Notes: generated by a model from the letters alone, not told the origin. A DNA stretch of 64,000 nt from an uncultured Bacteroidales bacterium (GCA_946624065.1 CAMORT010000003.1:3593-67592); one strand, 5' to 3'; positions 1-9,241 are shown, counted from the stretch's first letter. Made by a program: numbers and translations.

Positions 1-1
1 C

Positions 2-154
2 CAGAAAATCGACCCGGGCGATTATATCGTTTTCACGACTTCCATTTATGATGAGGATGAAATTCCGTACCTTATCCAACGAAGTGTGACGGTGACTTCC
101 CCCGAAACCATTGTTGAAATTGAAGAACCTTTCCAGGTTACGATAAAACCATAA
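2..154 (+). CDS. C-terminal fragment of an unidentified protein (5' end lies outside the window)
   Basis: Frame 2 is open from the window edge to TAA at 152-154 (...SPETIVEIEEPFQVTIKP*). It is absent from the ORF track because it is truncated. No motif recognised. Confidence 0.3.
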   Translation, partial: QKIDPGDYIVFTTSIYDEDEIPYLIQRSVTVTSPETIVEIEEPFQVTIKP

Positions 155-163
155 TTTTTTAGC

Positions 164-568
164 ATGAAAAAGATTCTAGCAATCCTGATAATTTGTGTGA
201 TAGGTGTTTCCTGCTATGCGCAAAGTTCCTCAAAACGCGACTCCCGCAAGAATCTCGTCGTAAAGGAATGGAATCGCGGCGACGGCGGAAAGGGCGCCCG
301 TTTTCTTGATCATGTGACCAAGTACAACGCTGACGGGCGCAAGTGCGAGGACATTGAATACACCTCCTCCGGTACCATAAAGGCCCGCTGCACCTACGAG
401 TATGACGCCAACGGCAAGGTGTCGCGCGAGGTGGTTTACAATGACCACAACAAGGCCGTCCGCATCCGCAAATTCGAGTACAACGCCGACGGCACCAAGA
501 AAAAACAGTACAACTACGCACCTAACGGCAAACTGCAGTCTGTAAAGGAATTCGAATATGTTAGATGA
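164..568 (+). CDS. small secreted protein or lipoprotein with YD-like repeats (KYNADGRK, EYDANGKV, EYNADGTK, YAPNGKL)
   Basis: N-terminal signal peptide MKKILAILIICVIGVSCYAQ. Four x-Y-[ND]-A-[ND]-G-K repeats. Its stop overlaps the next gene's ATG by 11 nt. Confidence 0.6.
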   Translation: MKKILAILIICVIGVSCYAQSSSKRDSRKNLVVKEWNRGDGGKGARFLDHVTKYNADGRKCEDIEYTSSGTIKARCTYEYDANGKVSREVVYNDHNKAVRIRKFEYNADGTKKKQYNYAPNGKLQSVKEFEYVR

Positions 569-1349
569 GGTGCTTTGCGATATGGCCCCAATCTCGCTGG
601 AAGAGATGAGCACGGTGAAACTGATGAATCGGACGGACACCAAGTATCTGCTTAACCGTCAGATGCTTGCGGATATTGCCCGACATTGGTCTCCGCTGTT
701 CTTTGTCCAGGATATTGCGGGCAAGCGCACCGCCTCCTACAAAACCCTCTATTTCGACACTCCCGACGCGCTGACCTATACCGTACACCACAACCGCCAC
801 CTTCACCGCCAGAAAATCCGCCAGCGTGAGTATGTGGATACAGGCACCCTCTTCTGCGAGGTGAAAAACAAAGTGAATACCGGCCGAACCAAGAAGAAAC
901 GGATGGAAATCCCTGCCTCCGAGTGGGGCAAACTCTATGAGATGCCAGAGATGAAACAATTTCTGAAAGAAAAAGTGTGGATTACCCAAGAACCGCTGCT
1001 CCCCAGACTCCAGAACCAGTTTCAGCGCATTACGCTGGTCAATAAGGCAAAGACCGAGCGCATTACCATCGATAGCGGTATCCGTTTCCACAATCAGTTA
1101 AACAACTGTGTGGCAGATGTTTCCGATTTGGTGATTGTGGAGGTGAAACAGGATGGTAACCAGCCCTCCGACTTCAAAAAACTGCTGCTCGACGCGCGGG
1201 TGCCCCAAAAACGGCTCAGCAAATACTGCCTCGGCATGCTCCTTACGGACGAACACATCAAATACAACCGCTTCAAGGAGAAAATCCGCTATGTCAGCAA
1301 ACTTATCAACCGGGAACTCACTATCGCTGCTATGAACTTTGAACTTTGA
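558..1349 (+). CDS. VTC domain (polyphosphate-polymerase / CYTH-like domain) protein
   Basis: The N-terminus (PISLEEMSTVKLMNRTDTKYLL) and the length are typical of bacterial VTC-domain proteins, and a DUF4956 partner follows. An alternative start is at 582. Confidence 0.75.
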   Translation: MLDEVLCDMAPISLEEMSTVKLMNRTDTKYLLNRQMLADIARHWSPLFFVQDIAGKRTASYKTLYFDTPDALTYTVHHNRHLHRQKIRQREYVDTGTLFCEVKNKVNTGRTKKKRMEIPASEWGKLYEMPEMKQFLKEKVWITQEPLLPRLQNQFQRITLVNKAKTERITIDSGIRFHNQLNNCVADVSDLVIVEVKQDGNQPSDFKKLLLDARVPQKRLSKYCLGMLLTDEHIKYNRFKEKIRYVSKLINRELTIAAMNFEL

Positions 1350-1354
1350 CTATG

Positions 1355-1439
1355 AACCATCCACTCATACTCTATTACTCCTCTTTTCCTCTCTTCCTCT
1401 TTTCCTCTTTTCCCCATTTATCCTTTAAACTTTAAATTT
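1355..1439 (+). repeat. 85-nt G-free pyrimidine-rich tract (CCTCTTTT-type units, contains CCCCATTTA), followed by four 7-nt TTAAACT-type units at 1425-1452
   Basis: Direct reading finds no G between 1355 and 1439. It fills the spacer between the VTC and DUF4956 genes. Confidence 0.9.
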
Positions 1440-1455
1440 GTAACCTTCAACTGAT

Positions 1456-2187
1456 ATGACCCAATCCTCATTCCCCGATTATGATCCTGAAATCATGCGC
1501 GAATTCGGCATGGAAACCGTTGACGGCGCAGGACAATTGTTTGGCATACCGCTTTTTGACGGCCCTTCCCTGTGGCACATGCTGTTCCGCTTTGCCATCA
1601 ATCTGGTCTTCTGCTGGCTGATTATTGGTTTGTTTTATTACAAAAGAAGCAAACGCCGTGATTATTATTTCACCTTCATGATGTTCAGCATCACCATTTT
1701 CTTCCTCATCTTCCTGATGGACAATGTGAAGGTGCAAATCGGCTTCGCCTTGGGATTGTTTGCCATTTTCGGCATGATACGATATCGGACCGAATCCATT
1801 CCTATACGCGAGATGACCTATCTGTTTGTGGTTATTGGATTGTCGGTCATTAATGGCTTAGCCATGACCGTGAGTTATACCGAACTTTGTATAACCAACA
1901 TTCTTGTTTTGGTGGCGGTTTGGATTTTTGAGCGCGCCAAGTGGAAACACAGAGTGGAAACGAAGATTATCCTGTATGAGAAAATAGAGCTGATAAAAGC
2001 CGGCCGTGAGCGGGAGCTGATAGCCGATCTGAAAGAACGCACCGGATTGGATATCCTGAATGTGGAAGTCGGCCATATCAATTTTCTGAAGGATACCGCT
2101 TATGTGAAAGTGAGTTACAAACCGACCCAAGCGGAATACAGTACTATCAACAATCTGACGAAAGTGAGGTCGGACAAGTTTTTTTAG
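1456..2187 (+). CDS. DUF4956-family membrane protein (usual partner of VTC-domain proteins)
   Basis: There are 4-5 predicted TM helices followed by a soluble C-terminal domain. Its position directly after the VTC gene is the conserved pairing. Confidence 0.7.
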   Translation: MTQSSFPDYDPEIMREFGMETVDGAGQLFGIPLFDGPSLWHMLFRFAINLVFCWLIIGLFYYKRSKRRDYYFTFMMFSITIFFLIFLMDNVKVQIGFALGLFAIFGMIRYRTESIPIREMTYLFVVIGLSVINGLAMTVSYTELCITNILVLVAVWIFERAKWKHRVETKIILYEKIELIKAGRERELIADLKERTGLDILNVEVGHINFLKDTAYVKVSYKPTQAEYSTINNLTKVRSDKFF

Positions 2188-2263
2188 ACGTGAGGCTTGA
2201 GATGTGAGATGTGAGAGATGAGACGAGAGACTTGAGACGTGAGAGATGAGACGAGAGATGTGA
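2187..2263 (+). repeat. 11 exact-length heptamer units of the form G[AG]nn[TG]GA (GACGTGA GGCTTGA GATGTGA ...)
   Basis: Parsed by hand: 77 nt equals 11 x 7. The tract starts at the last base of the DUF4956 stop codon and is purine-rich on the + strand. Confidence 0.9.
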
Positions 2264-2294
2264 ATTTTTAATACATGTTCCCTAATCCAAAAAA

Positions 2295-2969
2295 ATGATA
2301 AGAATTTCCAAAATCCTGATATTCGCGATCGTGCTGCTCCTCTCGGGGCGGGTGGTGGCGCAGTCTTTCGAGACCGGCGGATTGTTGGGAGCGGAGTATG
2401 AGATGAAGATCTTGAAGGGGTGGCACTGGGGTGCGGAGGCGGAATTCCGTTTTGATGAGAATTTCACCCATTTCAACCGCTTCAAGGTGGCGGTGGGGAC
2501 GGATTATACCTTTTGGAAAAAACGCATCAAGATCGGGGTGGGGTATGGTTATCTGAATTATCATAAAGACGATTTTTTTGAAAGCCGGCACCGTATCACG
2601 GGGTCGCTGACGCTTGCGGAGAAGTTCGGCAACTGGAAACTGTCGTACCGTGCTGCGTTCCAGAGCACCTTCCGTGACAACCGCCGAGGCGATTACACCT
2701 TCAATCCCAAGACATACATGCGCAACCGCCTGGCGGTCAGTTACAAGATACCGGGCAAGCCGCTGAAACTTCACGCGTCCGAGGAATTCTGGTGGCGGCT
2801 ATATCATCCAGAGCACAACATTATAGACGAATTGCGCACGGTTGTGGGGGTGGAATACGCCATCAACAAACGAAACACACTGGACTTCTTCCTGCGTTCC
2901 AACAACGAGGTTCAGGTGTCAAATCCGAAACACATATTTTATATAGGTGTCTGTTATGGGTTTGAGTAG
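2295..2969 (+). CDS. DUF2490-like outer-membrane beta-barrel protein
   Basis: Signal peptide (LLLSGRVVAQ), alternating beta-strand pattern, and a C-terminal YGFE. R/E-rich strand motifs resemble DUF2490. Confidence 0.55.
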   Translation: MIRISKILIFAIVLLLSGRVVAQSFETGGLLGAEYEMKILKGWHWGAEAEFRFDENFTHFNRFKVAVGTDYTFWKKRIKIGVGYGYLNYHKDDFFESRHRITGSLTLAEKFGNWKLSYRAAFQSTFRDNRRGDYTFNPKTYMRNRLAVSYKIPGKPLKLHASEEFWWRLYHPEHNIIDELRTVVGVEYAINKRNTLDFFLRSNNEVQVSNPKHIFYIGVCYGFE

Positions 2970-3015
2970 TTGAAAAAAAATATTTATAAACAATTGATTG
3001 TATAATTTTTTTTTC

Positions 3016-3023
3016 TATTTTTG
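3016..3023 (+). promoter_or_regulatory. Bacteroidota -7 promoter box TAttTTTG upstream of the rplV block
   Basis: Matches the TAnnTTTG consensus. It lies in the AT-rich spacer 97 nt upstream of the rplV ATG. Confidence 0.45.
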
Positions 3024-3119
3024 CCGCCCGATTGAAAGGAAAAGGCGAAGAGGGGTTGTATCGGTATTTAATAAATTGATTTTCAGATATTTACAATAAA
3101 ATAAAGATAAAATAACGAA

Positions 3120-3554
3120 ATGAGTGCAAGCAAGAAATTAGCAGCAGATGCGCGAAAAGAAGCGAAAAAGACGACTTACATGGCCCGATTAGTGGATAAT
3201 CCGACCTCCCCGCGCAAGACCAGAATTATGGCAAACGTGATCCGTGGAAAAAATGTGGATTACGCCATGAATGTATTGAAATACAGCCATAAAGAATCAG
3301 CAGAGAAATTATTGAAACTTTTGAAGTCCGCCGTTGCCAACTGGCAAGTGAAGAATGAAGGTGCCAGACTGGAGAATGCGGATTTGTATGTGAAGACCAT
3401 CATGGTGGATGGCGGCCGTATGCTGAAACGTATCCGCACCGCTCCCCAGGGTCGTGCCAACCGCATCAGAAAACGCTCCAACCACGTTACGCTGGTGATT
3501 GCCGACAGAAATACGGAAAAAGCAAATACAGAAAATATAACAACTGAAGAATAA
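3120..3554 (+). CDS. rplV: 50S ribosomal protein L22 (uL22)
   Basis: The translation (PTSPRKTRIMANVIRGKNVDYA...) and its position before rpsC. Confidence 0.95.
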   Translation: MSASKKLAADARKEAKKTTYMARLVDNPTSPRKTRIMANVIRGKNVDYAMNVLKYSHKESAEKLLKLLKSAVANWQVKNEGARLENADLYVKTIMVDGGRMLKRIRTAPQGRANRIRKRSNHVTLVIADRNTEKANTENITTEE

Positions 3555-3571
3555 ATAATAATTAATTAAGT

Positions 3572-4321
3572 ATGGGTCAGAAAGTAAATCCGGTAGGCTT
3601 ACGCCTTGGTATAGTAAGAGGCTGGGATTCTAATTGGTACGGCGGCAAAAATTTCGCCGGTAAGATCGTCGAAGATGACAAGATTAGAAAGTATCTGAAC
3701 GCTAAGTTCTCCAAAGCCGGTATCTCAAAAATTTACATTGAAAGAACTTTGAAACTGGTCACCGTGACCATCAGCACCGCACGTCCGGGTCTCATTATCG
3801 GCAAGGGCGGTCAGGAAGTTGACAAAGTGAAAGAAGAATTGAAAGTCATCACCAACAAGGAGATTCAAATCAACATCGTTGAGGTGAAACGTCCGGATCT
3901 GGACGCTCAGTTGGTGGCACAGAACATCGCCAAGCAGATTGAGGGTCGTGTGGCATACAAGAAAGCCATCAAGACCGCAGTCGCTTCCACCATGCGCGCG
4001 AATGCGGAAGGTATCAAAGTTACCGCCGCTGGCCGTCTGGGTGGCGCCGAAATGGCTCGTTCCGAGCATTTCAAAGAGGGTCGTATCCCGTTGCACACCT
4101 TGAGAGCGGACATCGACTACGCTCCGGTTGAGGCACACACCACTTACGGTTGCATCGGCATCAAGGTTTGGATCTGCCGCGGCATCGTTTATGGCAAGCG
4201 CGACCTCTTCGCCCAAAATGTGGACAGCAAGGATGCCAAGGGCTCTGCCAAACGTCCGTTCCGCGGACCCCGCAAGGGTGGCAACGGTCCCCGCACCAGC
4301 AACAGAAACATGAATAAGTAA
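3572..4321 (+). CDS. rpsC: 30S ribosomal protein S3 (uS3)
   Basis: [14 protein letters not shown]... KH-domain signature; conserved gene order. Confidence 0.97.
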   Translation: MGQKVNPVGLRLGIVRGWDSNWYGGKNFAGKIVEDDKIRKYLNAKFSKAGISKIYIERTLKLVTVTISTARPGLIIGKGGQEVDKVKEELKVITNKEIQINIVEVKRPDLDAQLVAQNIAKQIEGRVAYKKAIKTAVASTMRANAEGIKVTAAGRLGGAEMARSEHFKEGRIPLHTLRADIDYAPVEAHTTYGCIGIKVWICRGIVYGKRDLFAQNVDSKDAKGSAKRPFRGPRKGGNGPRTSNRNMNK

Positions 4322-4376
4322 CACGACCGACGCAAAGATGCCGGTTTATCAATAATAATTAAAAACATTAAAAGCA

Positions 4377-4802
4377 ATGTTACAACCTAAAAAAGTAAGA
4401 TACAGAAGGCCGCAGAAAGGCAGAATGAAAGCCATCACCAAACGTGGTGCTGAGATCTCATTCGGTTCTTTCGCATTGAAAACACTGGACGAATTTTGGA
4501 TCAGTGCCCGCCAGATTGAGGCTGCCCGTCAGGCTATCACCCGTGAGATGAAGCGTCAAGGTCAGCTGTGGATTCGCATTTTCCCGGATCGCCCCGTTAC
4601 CGCTAAGGGTTTGGGTGTTCGTATGGGTAAAGGTAAAGGTACTCCTGAGTCTTGGGCCGCACGCGTGAGCCCGGGCCGTATCCTCTTCGAGGCCGACGGC
4701 ATCCCGATGGAAGTCGCCAAGGAAGCTATGAGACTTGGAGCCCAGAAACTGCCCGTTCATACCAAATTCATCGTTAGAAGAGATTATTCACCAGAAATTT
4801 AA
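4377..4802 (+). CDS. rplP: 50S ribosomal protein L16 (uL16)
   Basis: [19 protein letters not shown]... signature; conserved gene order. Confidence 0.97.
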   Translation: MLQPKKVRYRRPQKGRMKAITKRGAEISFGSFALKTLDEFWISARQIEAARQAITREMKRQGQLWIRIFPDRPVTAKGLGVRMGKGKGTPESWAARVSPGRILFEADGIPMEVAKEAMRLGAQKLPVHTKFIVRRDYSPEI

Positions 4803-4813
4803 TACGAGGCGAT

Positions 4814-5014
4814 ATGAAACAGAAAGTTATTAACGAGCTTACGACTCCGGAAGTGAAAGAGAGACTGGATGTGGAAAAAGACAACCTGGTCAAGATGAGA
4901 CTCAACCACGCCATCTCCCCGTTGGAAAACCCCCAACTGATTAAAGAGCAACGCAGAACAATCGCAAGACTGTACACCGAGTTGCGCAAACGCGAATTAA
5001 ACGATAACAAATAA
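4814..5014 (+). CDS. rpmC: 50S ribosomal protein L29 (uL29)
   Basis: 66 aa, in the expected position between rplP and rpsQ. Confidence 0.93.
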   Translation: MKQKVINELTTPEVKERLDVEKDNLVKMRLNHAISPLENPQLIKEQRRTIARLYTELRKRELNDNK

Positions 5015-5028
5015 TCCACCTGACAAGT

Positions 5029-5283
5029 ATGGAAAGAAATAACAGAAAAGTGAGAGAAGGCATCGTGGTCAGCGACAAGATGGAAAAATCCATCGTCGTG
5101 CTGGTTGAACGCAAGATGAAACACCCCATCTACGGAAAGTTCCTGAAACGTTCCACCAAGTTCATGGCTCATGACGAGAAGAACGATTGCCATATCGGTG
5201 ACAGAGTTAGAATTATGGAAACCAGACCTTTGAGCAAAAACAAGTGCTGGCGATTAGTAGAAATTATTGAAAGAGCTAAATAG
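5029..5283 (+). CDS. rpsQ: 30S ribosomal protein S17 (uS17)
   Basis: [19 protein letters not shown]... signature; conserved gene order. Confidence 0.95.
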   Translation: MERNNRKVREGIVVSDKMEKSIVVLVERKMKHPIYGKFLKRSTKFMAHDEKNDCHIGDRVRIMETRPLSKNKCWRLVEIIERAK

Positions 5284-5285
5284 TT

Positions 5286-5654
5286 ATGATACAACAAGAA
5301 TCAAGATTAGCAGTAGCAGACAACAGCGGTGCTAAGGAAGTCCTCTGCATCCGCGTTCTGGGCGGTACCAAAAAACGCTATGCAGGCGTGGGCGACAAGA
5401 TTGTGGTCGCCATCAAGAGTGCCATCCCCTCCGGCCAAGTGAAAGCCGGTACAGTCTCCAAGGCAGTGGTTGTGCGCACCAAGAGACACGTGCGCCGCAA
5501 CGACGGTTCCTACATCAAGTTTGATGACAATGCCGTTGTGCTCCTCACCGCCGCCGACGAACTCCGCGGTACCCGTATCTTCGGACCTGTCGCACGTGAG
5601 TTGCGTGAGAAACAGTTTATGAAGATCGTGTCTTTGGCTCCGGAAGTATTGTAG
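5286..5654 (+). CDS. rplN: 50S ribosomal protein L14 (uL14)
   Basis: [19 protein letters not shown]... signature. Confidence 0.97.
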   Translation: MIQQESRLAVADNSGAKEVLCIRVLGGTKKRYAGVGDKIVVAIKSAIPSGQVKAGTVSKAVVVRTKRHVRRNDGSYIKFDDNAVVLLTAADELRGTRIFGPVARELREKQFMKIVSLAPEVL

Positions 5655-5719
5655 AAATTAATTCATAAAGATACAATTGACAAAGACCAATTGGCGAACA
5701 TTAAAATTTTAAAAGAAAA

Positions 5720-6034
5720 ATGAAACTTAAAATCAAGAAAGGCGACATCGTAAAAGTCATCACCGGCGAGTATAAGGGTACTCAAGGCAAGGTCCTTGAA
5801 GTCCTGCCGAGTGCAAACAAGGCTTTGGTGGAGGGTTGCAACATGGTGTCCAAGAGCACCAAGCCCAACGCCAAGACCCCGAACGGTGGCATTATCAAGA
5901 AAGAGGCCCCTATCCACATTTCAAACCTTATGGTTGTTGACGCTAAAGGAAACGCTACCCGCGTTGGTAGAAGATTGAATGACAAAGGCAAATTAGTAAG
6001 ATATTCTAAAAAATCTGGAGAGGAGATCAAATAA
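5720..6034 (+). CDS. rplX: 50S ribosomal protein L24 (uL24)
   Basis: [25 protein letters not shown] motif. Confidence 0.95.
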   Translation: MKLKIKKGDIVKVITGEYKGTQGKVLEVLPSANKALVEGCNMVSKSTKPNAKTPNGGIIKKEAPIHISNLMVVDAKGNATRVGRRLNDKGKLVRYSKKSGEEIK

Positions 6035-6588
6035 TGTACACACCGAGATTCAAAGAGAAATACCAGAATGAGGTGCTTCCCGCCCTCAAGGAACAGTTCG
6101 GATTCAAATCCGTTATGCGCGTTCCCCGTATCACTAAGATTTGCCTCAACCAAGGTTTGGGCAAGTTCGGCATCGCTGACAAGAAACTCATCGACGCCGG
6201 TGTTCAGGAGATGACCATGATCGCTGGCCAAAAGGCTGTTGCGACCAAGTCCAAAAAAGATATCTCCAACTTCAAATTGAGAAAAGGTATGCCGATCGGC
6301 GTCCGCGTGACCCTGCACGGCGACCGCATGTATGAATTCTTAGACAGATTGGTTTCTGTTTCCATTCCTCGTATCCGCGACTTCAGAGGCATCAGCGACA
6401 AGGGTTTCGACGGCAGAGGAAACTACACACTGGGTATTCCCGAGCAGATTATCTTCCCGGAAATCGATATCGACAAGGTGGCCAAAATCAACGGTATGGA
6501 CATCACGTTCGTGACCACGGCCCAAAACGACAAGGAATGCCTTGCCTTATTGAAAGAATTTGGCTTACCATTTAAAAATCAGAAATAA
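6034..6588 (+). CDS. rplE: 50S ribosomal protein L5 (uL5)
   Basis: The translation and gene order. The ATG overlaps the rplX stop. Confidence 0.96.
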   Translation: MYTPRFKEKYQNEVLPALKEQFGFKSVMRVPRITKICLNQGLGKFGIADKKLIDAGVQEMTMIAGQKAVATKSKKDISNFKLRKGMPIGVRVTLHGDRMYEFLDRLVSVSIPRIRDFRGISDKGFDGRGNYTLGIPEQIIFPEIDIDKVAKINGMDITFVTTAQNDKECLALLKEFGLPFKNQK

Positions 6589-6590
6589 TT

Positions 6591-6890
6591 ATGGCTAAAG
6601 AATCCTTAAAAGCAAGAGAGATAAAAAGAGCAAAATTAGTTGCCAAATATAGTGCGAAACGCGCGGAACTTAAGAAAATCATGAAGGGTGACGACTATGA
6701 CGCTAAAAGAGCCGCTGACATCGCCCTCCAGAAATTACCCCCCAACTCCAATCCTATCCGTATGCACAACCGCTGCAAACTGACCGGTCGTCCGAAAGGC
6801 TATATCCGTCAGTTCGGCCTCTCCCGTATCAATTTCAGAGAAATGGCCATGGCAGGCTTGTTGCCGGGTGTAAAGAAAGCTAGTTGGTAA
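6591..6890 (+). CDS. rpsN: 30S ribosomal protein S14 (uS14)
   Basis: The C-terminal [24 protein letters not shown] motif. Confidence 0.95.
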   Translation: MAKESLKAREIKRAKLVAKYSAKRAELKKIMKGDDYDAKRAADIALQKLPPNSNPIRMHNRCKLTGRPKGYIRQFGLSRINFREMAMAGLLPGVKKASW

Positions 6891-6913
6891 AATTAAATTA
6901 GAAGTAAAAGATT

Positions 6914-7312
6914 ATGAATACCGATCCAATATCAGATTATTTGACTCGTTTGAGAAACGCTATCCGCGCGAATCACAAGGTGGTGGAAATCCCCGCCTCC
7001 AACGAGAAAAGAGCTATCACCAAGATACTCTTTGACAAAGGTTATATTCTCAATTACAAGTTCGTGGATGATGTGCACCCCAAGATGATCAAGATCGCCT
7101 TGAAGTACCATCCCACAACGAAACAATCAGCCATTACGACGCTGCAACGCGCCAGCCGCCCTGGTCTTCGTAAATACGCTGGTGTGAACGAACTTCCTTC
7201 CGTGCTTAACGGACTTGGCATTGCCATCGTCTCCACCTCCCGCGGTATGATGACCGACAAAGAGGCCAAGGCCCAGAATGTCGGCGGTGAAGTTATTTGT
7301 TACATTAGCTAA
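6914..7312 (+). CDS. rpsH: 30S ribosomal protein S8 (uS8)
   Basis: DPISDYLTRLRNA signature. Confidence 0.96.
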   Translation: MNTDPISDYLTRLRNAIRANHKVVEIPASNEKRAITKILFDKGYILNYKFVDDVHPKMIKIALKYHPTTKQSAITTLQRASRPGLRKYAGVNELPSVLNGLGIAIVSTSRGMMTDKEAKAQNVGGEVICYIS

Positions 7313-7326
7313 TAGGAGGAATTGAT

Positions 7327-7887
7327 ATGTCAAGAATAGGTAAATTACAAATTGCGATTCCCAGCGGAGTCGAAATCAAAAGAGATGAGAAGTCCAATGT
7401 CGTGACTGTAAAAGGTCCCAAGGGCGAACTCAAACAATATGTCGATCCTCGTATTGAAATGAACATCGAAGACGGTCATCTTCATCTGACTCGTCCTACC
7501 GATAACAAACGCGACAAATCCATGCACGGCCTTTATAGAGCCCTCATCAACAATATGGTGACCGGCGTTTCTGAAGGATTCCAGATTAAGATGGAAGTGA
7601 TTGGTGTAGGTTACAAAGCCGAAGCCAAAGGTGCCCACCAATTGGACATGGGTCTGGGTTACTCCCACAATATTCTGTTCGACTTCCCGGAGGAAATTTC
7701 TGTGGAGACCATCAATGAGAAAGGTAAGAGCCCTATCATCATCCTGAAGAGCATTGACAAACAACTCCTCGGTTTGGTGGCCAAGAAAATCCGTTCCTAT
7801 CGTAAACCTGAACCGTATAAAGGCAAAGGTATCCGCTTCGAAGGCGAATTTGTTAGAAAGAAAGCTGGTAAATCAGCAGAAAAATAA
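7327..7887 (+). CDS. rplF: 50S ribosomal protein L6 (uL6)
   Basis: MSRIGKLQIAIPSGVEI... signature. Confidence 0.96.
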   Translation: MSRIGKLQIAIPSGVEIKRDEKSNVVTVKGPKGELKQYVDPRIEMNIEDGHLHLTRPTDNKRDKSMHGLYRALINNMVTGVSEGFQIKMEVIGVGYKAEAKGAHQLDMGLGYSHNILFDFPEEISVETINEKGKSPIIILKSIDKQLLGLVAKKIRSYRKPEPYKGKGIRFEGEFVRKKAGKSAEK

Positions 7888-7905
7888 TCGTGTAAATTTG
7901 TTATT

Positions 7906-8265
7906 ATGGCATACAATAGAAAAGAATATAGAAGAAAAAGGATTAAAAACCGCGTGCGTAAAATCGTTAGCGGTACTCCTAATCGCCCCAGATTGTCCGT
8001 GTTCAGAAGTAACCGCGACATCTATGTTCAGCTGATTGACGATGTGGCAGGGGTAACCTTGGTTTCCGCATCCTCCAAACTGCCGAACATTGCAGAACAA
8101 AAAATCACCAAATGCGAGAAGTCCGCTTTAGTAGGCAAGGAAATTGCCCAACGTGCTATCGCTGCCGGTATCAACGAGGTTGTTTTCGACCGTAACGGTT
8201 ATTTGTATCATGGTAGAATCAAATCTTTGGCTGAAGCAGCCAGAGAAGGTGGTCTTAAATTTTAA
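7906..8265 (+). CDS. rplR: 50S ribosomal protein L18 (uL18)
   Basis: [20 protein letters not shown] signature. Confidence 0.95.
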   Translation: MAYNRKEYRRKRIKNRVRKIVSGTPNRPRLSVFRSNRDIYVQLIDDVAGVTLVSASSKLPNIAEQKITKCEKSALVGKEIAQRAIAAGINEVVFDRNGYLYHGRIKSLAEAAREGGLKF

Positions 8266-8276
8266 AATCAAGACGT

Positions 8277-8795
8277 ATGGCTAACTTAAATATTAAGAAA
8301 GTAAAAGCAACTGACATCGAACTCAAAGAAAGAATGGTGGCAGTTAATCGTGTGACCAAAGTGACCAAGGGTGGTCGAATCTTCAGTTTCGCCGCTATCA
8401 TGGTAGTCGGTAATGAGAATGGTATCGTGGGCTACGGCCTTGGTAAGGCTCGCGAAGTTTCCACAGCCATCTCTAAAGGTACGGAAGATGCGAAAAAGAA
8501 CCTGATTCAAGTGCCTGTGCTGAAAGGTACGATCCCTCACGCTCAGGAAGGCAAGTACAGTGGAGCCACTGTCTTTATGAAACCTGCCGCCCCCGGTACT
8601 GGTGTTATCGCCGGTGGTGCTATGCGTGCCGTGTTGGAAAGCGTTGGCGTTAAGAACGTGTTGGCAAAGTCCAAAGGTTCCTCTAACCCACACAGCGTTG
8701 TGAAGGCTACTTTTGATGCCCTTTCCAAAATGCGCGATGCCTATACGGTGGCACAAGTTCGTGGTGTGGACCTTGACAAGGTATTCAGAGGCTAA
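8277..8795 (+). CDS. rpsE: 30S ribosomal protein S5 (uS5)
   Basis: [20 protein letters not shown] signature. It is the last gene of the block in this window. Confidence 0.96.
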   Translation: MANLNIKKVKATDIELKERMVAVNRVTKVTKGGRIFSFAAIMVVGNENGIVGYGLGKAREVSTAISKGTEDAKKNLIQVPVLKGTIPHAQEGKYSGATVFMKPAAPGTGVIAGGAMRAVLESVGVKNVLAKSKGSSNPHSVVKATFDALSKMRDAYTVAQVRGVDLDKVFRG

Positions 8796-8821
8796 CATAT
8801 TATATACTATAACTATTTATA

Positions 8822-8849
8822 ATGACCGCAATCGCGGTCATTTTTTTTT
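8822..8849 (+). terminator. intrinsic terminator after rpsE
   Basis: Stem ATGACCGC / GCGGTCAT (8822-8829 / 8834-8841), loop AATC, then a run of 9 T. Confidence 0.8.
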
Positions 8850-9241
8850 GTAATTATGGGTCTTGCCCCAGCTATGGTGTAGCTTCCGCTCAACGCTAAT
8901 GCGACTTGCGGAATGGTGTGATGCCTATCTTTCTTCAAGTATTCTTTCGACACGAACACCATTCCGCCTTGAACATAGTAAACGGCGTTATTCCGATCAA
9001 CAGAACGTCATGTTAGGTCAACTTCCATATTGGTGTTTTTTTATAATTTTTTATGAACATAAGCTTGTGAAAAGGAAAATAATTTTTTATTTTTGTTGCT
9101 GTCTTTCGTGCATGTTGCCACCAGCAGTTGGTCGTATCTTATAACGCTGCTAATTTGTATGGTCTCAAGAAATGGATAAAGGATAAATAGAACTAATAAT
9201 CAGATATATTTTCAATATAGTATAAACTAAATCTTATTATT

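Noticed and set aside
8863-9144. 93-aa plus-strand ORF after rpsE
   Set aside because: It has an implausible Cys/Phe/Leu-rich sequence and a non-ATG start context, and it crosses from GC-normal into AT-rich promoter DNA. It is kept only as a possible RNA or relic region.
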